From positions 8,928,001 through 8,992,000 of the forward strand of contig NC_043020.1 of assembly GCF_006345805.1 (NCBI RefSeq): a stretch of 64,000 nucleotides of DNA, written 5' to 3'. Below, one piece after another: positions 53,486 to 64,000 of this stretch. The notes under the pieces are model-generated. The model had not been told where the DNA came from and made no database searches. It worked only from the letters and a program-made list of their open reading frames with translations. The translations under genes were made by a program, and so were the position numbers. The DNA is from Octopus sinensis (taxonomy: Eukaryota). The first letter of the stretch is position 1. Every line of letters begins with the position of its first letter.

Positions 53486-53732
53486 CAGGGTTGTGGAGTC
53501 GAAACAACAAACTTTGACTCTGATTCCGACTCTGACTCCTCTTTGTGTAATTAAGTGATTGTGGTCTACATACCTCATAAAGCATATGCATACGCTTGTA
53601 CTTTAGGTGTACATCTTATAACTGGTTTGTATTGAAGAATAAAGATGTGAGTCGGAGTCAGTATAGTTTTACTGACTCCGACTCCAGCTACCCTTAATTG
53701 TTTTCAACTCTGATTCCAACTCCACAGCCCTG
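53486..53732. mobile_element. hAT-type MITE
   Basis: TIRs CAGGGTTGTGGAGTCG / CAACTCCACAGCCCTG, internal GACTCC subrepeats, decayed 8-bp TSD GTTCGATC / GTTTGACC. Confidence 0.65.
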
Positions 53733-53969
53733 GTTTGACCTATATTGGTATGTAAGAGTCCTGGGAACCATTAATTAAAGCCTTGCAAGTAGGAAGCTGG
53801 AAAGTAGAGGTCATTCTTTACAGCTGTTTCTGAGGTGTGGTATTCACAAGGAGCAGTTAAATGCATTATGTCTACATAATCATAAGGCAGATTGGTACAA
53901 GTTAATGTACCTGAATCAGCTCAGGTGTGAAGTAAGTCAACTTCCTACTCTGTCGTCAAATAGGAAACA

Positions 53970-54100
53970 GATTAATGTAGAGAGAAGATTAATGTGAAGA
54001 GAAGCTTAATGTAGATAGAAGATTAATGTAGAGAGATTAATGTGGTGAGAAGATTCATGTGGAGAGAAGATTAATGCGGGGAGAAGATTAATGTAGAGAA
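53970..54100. repeat. Short minisatellite (GAGAAGATTAATGT-type, ~6 units)
   Basis: Direct inspection. Confidence 0.75.
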
Positions 54101-55344
54101 AATATTTATAAAAGAAATACTGAAGAATGACCTCAGGAAGAACCTGGAACCATGTATTTGGGAAGCAAGCTTCTTACCACACAGCCACTCCATTTAACTT
54201 TGCCCATTAAAACCACTGGTAAATAATATTACCATATTTGGCAATATGGGTTTCAAATTTTGGCACAAGGCCAGCAAGTTTGGAGGGAGGGGCAAGTCAA
54301 TTACATCGACCCCCAGTACGTAACTGATACTTATTCTATTGACCCTGAAATTTGAGTTCAGATTGCAGAGACAGACGAAATACCAATAAGCGTTTTGTCT
54401 GGCATAAATTGTTGATTTATTGAAATAATTTTTGTCTCCAGACAAGATAGGACAATCACCCGGTTGCACTTGGTACCAACTTCATTTTCCCAAACTTGAC
54501 ATGCCATTAAGTCAGGCTGTCTTGAGATGTGAAGACAACTGTGGCGCAGGAGTGGCTGTGTGGTAAGTAGCTTGCTAACCAACCACATGGTTGTGGGTTC
54601 AGTCCCACTGCGTGGCATCTTGGGCAAGTGTCTTCTGCTATAGCCTCGGGCCGACCAAAGCCTTGTGAGAGGATTTGGTAGACGGAAACTGAAAGAAGCT
54701 TGTTGTATATATGTATATATATATATATGTATGTGTGTGTGTATGTGTTTGTGTATCTGTGTTTGTCCCTCTGTCATTGCTTGACAACCGATGCTGGTGT
54801 GTTTACGTCCCCGTCACTTAGCAGTTTGGCAAAAGAGACTGATAGAATAAGTACTGGGCTTACAAAGAATAAGTCCCGGGGTCGATTTGCTCGACTAAAG
54901 GCGGTGCTCCAGCATGGCCGCAGTCAAATGACTGAAACAAGTCAAAAGAGTAAAAAGAGAAAAAGAGTATGTGTTTCTGCCTCAACGAGCATCATCAGCA
55001 CAGCAATTGTTTCAATTTATCTTCAGCAGACGAAGCATTAAGGCATACACCGAAAGAAGAGAAGAACACATTTATGGTGGCAGTAAAATGCTGAACTGGA
55101 GGGGAAGTGAAAAACAACGGAGAGTGACCAGTGGCATGAGTTAAGCTGAACGAGGGTGATGTTATCTACTTGTTATGCATATGTGTGTGCGTGTGTGTGT
55201 TATCTCTATCTACATGTATGTACAAATATAGATATAGATATATATATATGCTTGTATGTATGTGCAAAGAATGAAAGATAGACAAACTGAGTGACAGACA
55301 GACAGACAAGTAGTTTGATAGAAAGATAGACAGAAATAGATAGG

Positions 55345-55376
<32 letters not shown>

Positions 55377-55465
55377 GTTTCTTTATTTGCCACACGGTTG
55401 AACACAGAGGGACAAAATACAAAGTGGAGCTTTTCTTTTTGGGAAAGAAAAAGAATAGACAGATA

Positions 55466-55565
55466 NNNNNNNNNNNNNNNNNNNNNNNNNNNNNNNNNNN
55501 NNNNNNNNNNNNNNNNNNNNNNNNNNNNNNNNNNNNNNNNNNNNNNNNNNNNNNNNNNNNNNNNN
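55466..55565. other. Assembly gap (100 N)
   Basis: Run of exactly 100 n. Confidence 1.
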
Positions 55566-56380
55566 ACAAAGTAAAACTACATCCTGCTGCGGCTGGTTTC
55601 ACACAACCAGGGCCATCTTTTATGGGCAACAATCAAATGATTACACTTTCTTTCCTTGTGTGTGTGTGTAGGCGTTAGCAAGGGCATCCAACTGTACAAA
55701 TCGTGCCAAAAGCAAACCTTGAGATCGATGTGTAACCCCTTTGCAGTCATCAAACCCTAATTAAACTGTCCGACCCATGCCAACCTGGGACATGGACGTG
55801 AAATGACTTATGCATCAATGTACCTTAGGACCGGCGACATTGAAATCCATCTTTTATATTATTAAATTTTCACGGATTGTTTATATATATATATATATAA
55901 TATATATATATAGTATATATATATTACACTGGCAGTATTTCTCCGTGTGTGCGTGGGTGTGTGTATATATATATATTATATATATATAGATAGATGGATG
56001 TGTGTATAGATGTGTGTGTACACCCCGCCCACTGTCAATGTAGGCAAAAATGTGCTTTTATGACGTGTCATCACATTGCTAATGAGTTTAAGTTGAGAGT
56101 TATTTTGAAGCAATAGTCAACCAAGCGGATATAGATATATGTATATATTTATATATATATATATAATACTCAATATACACGCCCTGTCTCTACACTTTTA
56201 CGTATTCTAATTACATGCGTATTGTGTATGTGTGTATATAAGTGGGATTATGTGCATATGTAATGTTTACCTCTGTGTGTGTCTAATGTACTTGCTTCAA
56301 CATATGGCTTCGTAGACTATAAAGTTTATCTAAATGCGTATTACTTTATTATATATATATATATTATATAATTATATATA

Positions 56381-56422
<42 letters not shown>

Positions 56423-56529
56423 CACACACACACCAACACACACACACACACACATTTTTATATAGATTACTATATACGTTACACTTATAGATTGTGTATA
56501 TGTCGTTTATAGCGATTAACACATAACTC

Positions 56530-56573
<44 letters not shown>

Positions 56574-56579
56574 ATATAT

Positions 56580-56668
56580 ATACACATTTTTATATAGATT
56601 ACTATATGCGTTACACTTATAGATTGTGTAATGTCTGTATAGCGATTAATACATTAACTCTGTGTGTG

Positions 56669-56727
<59 letters not shown>

Positions 56728-56890
56728 ACACACACACAGAATCTGAGAAATATTTCACACACCCAATTACTGTATTACAAAAACGTTTGTGCTTAATATA
56801 GTACGTATATTGTATGTATGTATGTATGTGTACGCACACATACACACCCGTATAGAATATTTCGCATAAACACTTACGTGAATACACACA

Positions 56891-56926
<36 letters not shown>

Positions 56927-57060
56927 TACATACATACATACATACATGTCACTTGTTACTTAATCACGTAGCTTGTTTTGTCAACTTTTAGCATGAATGA
57001 CTTAATCACACGCGGTTGTGTTTGTGAGAGAATACAGCCATGTTTCTCTTTGTGTGTGGG

Positions 57061-57117
<57 letters not shown>

Positions 57118-57393
57118 TTTTATATAGATTACTATATGCGTTACACTTATAGATTGTGTATATGTCTGTATAGCGATTAATACATTAACTCTGTGTGTGT
57201 ATATACATATATATATATATATATTATATTAATATACACACACACACACATAATCTGAGAAATATTTCACACACCCAATTACTGTATTACAAAAACGTTT
57301 GTGCTTAATATAGTACGTATATTGTATGTATGTATGTATGTGTACGCACACATACACACCCGTATGAAATATTTCGCATAAACACTTACGTGA

Positions 57394-57428
<35 letters not shown>

Positions 57429-57558
57429 TACATACATACATACATGTCACTTGTTACTTAATCACGTAGCTTGTTTTGTCAACTTTTAGCATGAATGACT
57501 TAATCACACGCGGTTGTGTTTGTGAGAGAATACAGTCATGTTTCTCTTTGTGTGTGGG

Positions 57559-57600
<42 letters not shown>
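56580..57600. repeat. ~520-bp tandem duplication bounded by (TA)n, plus partial third copy at ~56445-56560
   Basis: The ACATTTTTATATAGATTACTATATGCG... and TCTGAGAAATATTTCACAC... blocks are repeated near-identically. Confidence 0.9.
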
Positions 57601-57612
<12 letters not shown>

Positions 57613-57622
57613 TTATTTTATA

Positions 57623-57677
57623 GGAGCTTCTACAGGACTAGAATTGTTTCATTCAAATGAAATCATCAGGAAGCTCC
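57623..57677 (-). ncRNA. Type I hammerhead ribozyme motif
   Basis: Minus strand: GGAGCTTC CTGATGA T-TTC-ATTT-GAA-T GAAA CAATTCTAGTCCTG TA GAAGCTCC. Perfect 8-bp stem I, intact core, partly decayed palindromic stem III. Confidence 0.6.
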
Positions 57678-58434
57678 TTCTATAAAATAAATTAATTTAC
57701 TCTATGTATTGAGTACCTTATTTACTGTGGTTAACCCCGACTCAGCCCGGGACCTATATATATATATATATATATATTTCTGTGTGTCTGTCTATCATTC
57801 TGCCTACCTGTCTGTCTCTACCTACCTTCTCTCTTTACCCTCTTTCTCTCTCTCTCCCCTTATCATGTCTTTATATCCCTTAATGTAGCTTTAGATTTCC
57901 TAGATACACACACAATGCCAAGTGAGGTTTTTTGCCAGGTAATGATTTTAAAGATGCGTGATCTCAAGCTGCTCCATCAGTGACCATCCAGAAGCCACAT
58001 TATTCAATGTGACCTTCCCCCCACTTTCCTAAAAACTGCAGTGTGTGTGTGTGTGAGAGCGGTGGTGGTGGTCGTGGGAAGAGCTGTGTTTTCTATTTCC
58101 AGCACATCGTATTGTCACATAGATGTTTCCTCGTTCGCTCAAGTGTTTGTTTCTTCTTCACTCGTCTGCTCTCATCGAGAAGACCAGTGGCTATCAACTG
58201 GGGTTCATTTAAGACTATACTCTTTACTCTTTTACTTGTTTCAGTCACTTGACTGCGGCCATGCTGGAGCACCGCCTTTTTTAATCGAGCAACTCGACCC
58301 CGGGACTTATTCTTTTTTTGTAAGCCCAGTACTTATTCTATCGTTCTCTTTTTGCCGAACCGCTAAGTGACGGGGGACATAAACACACCAGCATCGGTTG
58401 TCAAGCAATGCTAGGGGAACAAACACACCCACGC

Positions 58435-58467
<33 letters not shown>

Positions 58468-59099
58468 TATACGACGGGCTTCTTTCAATTTCCATCTACC
58501 AAATCCACTCACAAGGCTTTGGTCGGCCCGAGGCTATAGTAGAAGACACTTACCCAAGGTGCCACGCAGTGGAACTGAACCCGGAACCATGTGGTTGGTT
58601 AGCAAGCTACTTACCACACAGCCACTCCTATGCCTCTATGTAGTTAGAATTTATCTGCAGTATACCGCTTCAACAACCCACAAAATATTTTAACAGTTTT
58701 TATACAATTCCTAACAATATTTAATTACAAAAGTGTAGAAGGATTTTTAAAAAATTGAATGACTGTGGGGGTTCATCCAAGTGAAATAGGAATTAAAGTC
58801 AAAAGGATCCAAGGACAAAAAATGATTGAGAACCACTGAGTAGCTGTATGATCAAAGTCATTCCAGACATGACAATCATGTAGAACCGCCATGTCTTTTT
58901 TTTTTAACATAGTGTGACTGAAGAGGAAGAGGGATGATTTGGTTGCTATAACAATCAAGTTGAATGATCGCATACACTTTTTCCTCACAGTGTATTAAAT
59001 GTACATGTCCCTGTTATGTACCATTTAACATGCATTAAACCTAGCATTTGTGTTTCTTAACCCATTAATTGTTTTTTACCAATGTTTTTGTTGGTATCT

Positions 59100-60310
59100 T
59101 GACCCTCTCCACTCCATAAAGGTCAAACATCTTGTCAGTTCTTGAGAAACCCAGGCTCTACTAGCAAGAAAACTCCACTACACCATATCCACTAAACGTG
59201 AACAGCACTTAGTTAGGGCCCTCATAGTTGCACCGACTGCGAGACCTCAAACTTACCGAGGATTCCACCTGATGAAAGCATGTTCTCAGCATAGTTAGGA
59301 TAGCACCAGAAAGACTGGTCCTTAGCTTCAGGGCTGCAAAATATCTCAGCCTTAACCAGCTGTCAACAATCTACAAAGTTCAAGTGAGATCCTCCATAAA
59401 GTACTGCTCCTACAGCTGGGAGCAGCCACACCATGTAAAAAAAGACATGGCAGTTCTACATGATTGTCATGGCTGGAATGACTTTGATCATACATGCACT
59501 CAGTGATTCTCAACCGTTTTTTGCTTATGGGCCCCTTGGATTCCTATTTTACTCGTTATTAAAAAAAATATATTTTGTGTATTGTAGAAGTATAAATGAT
59601 GTACTGCAGATGAATTTTAATAAAATCTTGTGTGGACCCCAGTTAATACCCACTGGTCTACATGATGAGGGCAGAATAGATTTCTTTACTACCCACAAGG
59701 GGCTAAACATAGAGGGGACAAACAAGGACAGACATAGGTATTAAGTCGATTACATCGACCCCAGTGCGTAACTGGTCTTAATTTATCAACCCCGAAAGGA
59801 TGAAAGGCAAAGTCGACCCTGGCGGAATTTGAACTCAGAACGTAATGGCAGACGAAATACGGCTATGCATTTCGCCCGGCTTGCTAACGTTTCTGCCAGC
59901 TCGCCGCCTATGAGGGCAGAATAGTGAAGAAACACCACCACCTGAATGAATGAGGGACCCTCAGTGTGGCAATACAAGGTGCTAGAAATAGAAAACAAAT
60001 CTATCCTCACCACCACCATACACACACACATGCTGCAGATTTTAGAAAAGCAGGGAAGGTCACATTGAATAATGTGGCTATGCTCTTCAGACCTGATGTA
60101 CTGCATCTAGAGAAGGTCCAGGATGTCTATATGCATAGTAGTAGCACAGGTTAGCCACTCAACTGATCAATATTCAATCACTTGTGGACATGCTCCACAG
60201 GTGTACTGTCTCCTCTCTCTGTTGTTACTATAATGACCTCTCCTCCACAGAGCTGGCTCGCCTTCTAACCCTATCAATCAGGCACTCCCAATGCCTTCAC
60301 CTGTTCACCC
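59100..60310 (+). mobile_element. L2/Crack-like RT C-terminal fossil split by an insertion (59431-~60085)
   Basis: KHVLSIV...QLSTIYKVQVRSSIKYCSYSW, then after the insert LEKVQ...SLVDMLHRCTVSSLCCYYN..SSTELARL. Confidence 0.5.
59680..59909 (-). mobile_element. tRNA-derived SINE, family 3, with 15-bp TSD
   Basis: Flanked by ATGAGGGCAGAATAG at 59665-59679 and 59910-59924. Other copies at 7462-7680, 9897-10100, 33545-33780, 41873-42476 (x3), 50612-50836, 61800-62262. Confidence 0.85.
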
Positions 60311-61144
60311 CTCATCTCTCTCTATATAAACGGCAGTTTGTCTGTCTGTGTGTCTGTCAGGTTGTACCCTCACCCTGACCACGGCTTTCAACCGATTCTG
60401 ATGAAACTTGACGCACACATAGCCCAATGTCATAATTCAAAACTAACGCAGCGAAAATTTTGAAAAGTTCCCCCAGTTCTGAAAAAATCGTTAAATTCGA
60501 CATGGGGTCGAGAATCTAAGCTTTTTGTGTGCAACACATTTTCTGGGCTGTACGTGGGCTGTTCACGCGTTGGGAGGCGCAATGATATTTCCATGTTTTC
60601 GCCCAAAGGGACAGCTAGGAACATCGTATACACAGAAGTATTTGAGTGAAGAGAAGACATTGCAACCTACACATGCGCCTTCGTTCCCTAGGGGAAAAGG
60701 ACTAGATTGGGATTAGTCGTTGCCTACTAGGGGCTCTTACATACCCGGGCAACGCCGGGCTATGCTGCTAGTCACTGATACATCTACACCTCTTGGCCTC
60801 ATGCTAACCATTATACTCTCAATCTTTTGCCTGGAATCATCTCCCTCCCTGCCGCTGTTGATCTGCAACAGTTTAAATGGCCAATCTAATGGCATCACTC
60901 ACCAGTCTTGGAGGACCTGCAGACATCATGGCCAATGCATCCTCCTCCAGATTCTGTAGGAAAAAGCAAGAAAAAATCTATGAATTAGGAGTGGCTGTGT
61001 GGTAAGTAGCTTGCTTACCAACCACATGGTTCCGGGTTCAGTCCCACTGCGTGGCATCTTGGGCAAGTGTCTTCTGCTATAGCCTCGGGCCGACCAAAGC
61101 CTTGTGAGTGGATTTGGTAGACGGAAACTGAAAGAATCCTGTCG

Positions 61145-61175
<31 letters not shown>

Positions 61176-62936
61176 ATATGTTTGTGTGTCTGTGTTTGTC
61201 CCTCTAGCATTGCTTGACAACCGGTGCTGGTGCGTTTACGTCCCCGTCACTTAGCGGTTCAGCAAAAGAGACCGATAGAATAAGTACTGGGCTTACAAAG
61301 AATAAGTCCCGGGGTTGATTTGCTCGATCAAAGGCGATGCTCCAGCATGGCCGCAGTCAATGACTGAAACAAGTAAAAAAGTATAGTCTTGTTACTTGTT
61401 GACCAAGGCTAAAGAACCAGAAGCATGCATCTGGGAATCTGCTTGAGGATAACACTGGGCAGTTAAAGGGTACCAAAAAAAAATCCTTCATGGGAGCTGC
61501 AGTGAATTTTCCTTTGTCATAAACTTATTTCAATTAACTTCAATTAATCACTGTTTGGTGTTAATGCTGATATATGAATCTCTGGTAAAGCACAAGGGTG
61601 TTACACAAGCACTCAACTTAGAGTGCATTGCATCTTATAGCAGGAACAGCTGTAAGCTATTGAAGTCCCTGGCATAATTTTTTGCTCCCTTGTCATTTAT
61701 TTAATCTTTTATTTCACTCTGCAGTCAATTAATGCTTTATTTTGAAGCATTAATTTTGTATGTTGAATTTGAATACTGGGTTATTAGTATCACTATGTTG
61801 AAGCGAAATATTCTTTTCTACTCTAGGCATAAGGGCCCCCAATTTTTTTTGGTGGTAGGGGTGGGGTCCAGTCGATCAGATTGACTCCAAAATGCAATTG
61901 GTACCTAATTTATTGATCCCAAAGGGATGAAAGGCAAAGTTGACCTTGGTGGAATTTGAACTCAGAATGTAAAGACGAAATACCGCTAAGCATTTCTCCC
62001 GGAGTGCTAACATTTCTGCCAGCTCGCTACCTTAGATAGATAAATATATTCTTTTCTACTCTAGGTACAAGGCCTGAAATTTTTGGGGAGGGAGCCAGTC
62101 AATTAGATTGATCCCCAGTATGCAGCTGGTACTTAATTTATCGAGCCCAAAAGGATTAGAGGCAAAGTCGACCCCGGTGGAATTTGAACTCACAACTTAA
62201 AGAGACGAAATACCACTAAGCATTTTACCCAGCATGCTAATGATTCTGCCAGCTTGCCACTGAAGCAAAATATTAAGATGTGTGTGTGTGTGTATACATG
62301 CATATATGTGTATATATGATCTTGTTTGGAGTTATCAGACTGCAGTTATACTGGGACTCCACTCTGAATTTTAGTTGGTTGAATTGATCCCTTTCAGATT
62401 TTTTAGGTTTAAGCCTTGTACTGATTTTATTGATCTCCTATGTTGAACTGCCAAGTTACAGGAATAAATTTGTACCAACACTAAGCAAATAGATATACCC
62501 ACACAAACAGGCTTCTTTCAGTTTCTGTCTACTAAACATATACATACATATGTACACACATGCATACACACACACACACATATACACAGGCACAACAGGT
62601 TTGTTTCAGTTACTAAACGCATACATACATATGTACACACACATATTTATATTATATATATATATATATATATATGCACAGACACATACACACATTCACA
62701 CGCACAAACATGCATGCATACACACACACACACATGCATGTGCACACACATACGTGCACATGTACATACACACGTACACTTATGTAGAGCTAGATAAGTA
62801 CAACTGGCAAGAATTGACGGTTTCAAAGTTAAGTGGAGCTACATGTTGAAAGAAATACTAGTTTTTTTTCGACAGAAATTCCAAAGTCATTTTGAAAACT
62901 ATAAGATTCTTTGAAGTTAAAGGGAACCATGAAATA

Positions 62937-63150
62937 ACACCCAATTTCTTTTAAAATAAAAAATTTTTTCTTTTTGGTTTACCAGAAGTGGTTACTTCTT
63001 GCAATGATGAAGTACAGTCCCATATGGGCAAATGTCGAACAGACACCCAATTTCTTTTGAAATAGAATTTTTTTCTTTTTGGTTTACCAGGAGTGGTTAC
63101 TTCTTGCAATGATGAAGTACAGTCCCATATAGGCAAATGTCGAACAGACA
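62937..63150. repeat. 106-bp tandem duplication
   Basis: ACACCCAATTTC... starts at 62937 and 63043. Confidence 0.9.
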
Positions 63151-64000
63151 GGCTGTAACGACAGATCACGTTCTTTGTCATTCCATTTTTAACCTCTCCT
63201 AGTTTCATGGTTGCTATCTGTCTTTTATGTCAAGAAGTAAATAATCTTATCCATGGAAGGCAATCAGAAACGTAATTTATCAATAAATCAATTTGAAGGG
63301 TGGAACTTGAGATTTGATAAAACTATAAATAATATCTTTTATCTGGTTTGTCGTTAGATTGTGGTCATGCTGGAGCACCACTCTGGAGATTGTTTAGTCA
63401 AGGGAGTCAACCATGGTACTTATTTTTCAGCCCTGGTATTTATTCTATTGGTATCTCTTGCCGAACTGTTAAGTTACAAGGACATAAACATACCAGCAGT
63501 GGTGGGGTGCGCGCGCGCACACACACACACTATGGGCTTCTTTCAGTTTCCACCTACCAAATCCACTCAAGGCTTTGGTTGGCCTGAGGCTATAGTAGAA
63601 GACACTTACATAGTAGGGCCACACAGTGGGACTGAACCTGGAACCATGTAGCTGGTAAACAAGCTGCTTACCACACAGCCATCCCTGCACCTATACTCTT
63701 ACTCTTTTTACTTGTTTCAGTCATTTGACTGCGGCCATGCTGGAGCACCGCCTTTAGTCGAGCAACTTGACCCCGGGACTTATTCTTTTTGTAAGCCCAG
63801 TACTTATTCTATCGGTCTCTTTTTGCCGAACCGCTAAGTGACGGGGACGTAAACACAGCAGCATCGGTTGTCAAGCAATGCTAGGGGTACAAACACACAC
63901 ACACATACACATATATATATATATATATACATATATACGACAGGCTTCTTTCAGTTTCCGTCTACCAAATCCACTCACAAGGCATTGGTCGGCCCGGGGC

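Overview
AT-rich, microsatellite-saturated eukaryotic DNA with one 100-N scaffold gap (55466-55565). The repeat content (tRNA-derived SINE families, CR1/RTE/HERO/R4-like LINE fossils, mariner and piggyBac/hAT MITEs, DINE/HINE-like Helentron derivatives) suggests an octopod cephalopod genome; this is inferred, not verified. Almost all ORFs in the supplied track are microsatellite or TE artefacts. Two signals stand out. (1) A tandem pair of diverged paralogous genes (34382-34741 and 38014-38388, both +), each with one coding exon for a ~120-aa secreted protein: signal peptide, Gln at the predicted mature N-terminus, and a shared 8-Cys framework (C-x3-C-x2-C-x6-C-x12-C-x3-C-x20/21-C-x8/13-C) that I cannot assign to a known family. 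Each has a splice acceptor just upstream of the ATG; a TATA+Inr non-coding first exon at 18389-18603 is one candidate 5' end. (2) About 12 near-complete and several decayed minimal type-I hammerhead ribozyme (HHR) motifs from several sequence families, read by eye on both strands. They include variant cores (CCGACGA, UUGAAAA with U3-A8 covariation, CUGUCGA), two palindromes made of two divergent HHR copies (9154-9315, 49475-49665), and a cluster between the two peptide genes. No tRNA, rRNA or CRISPR array is supported.
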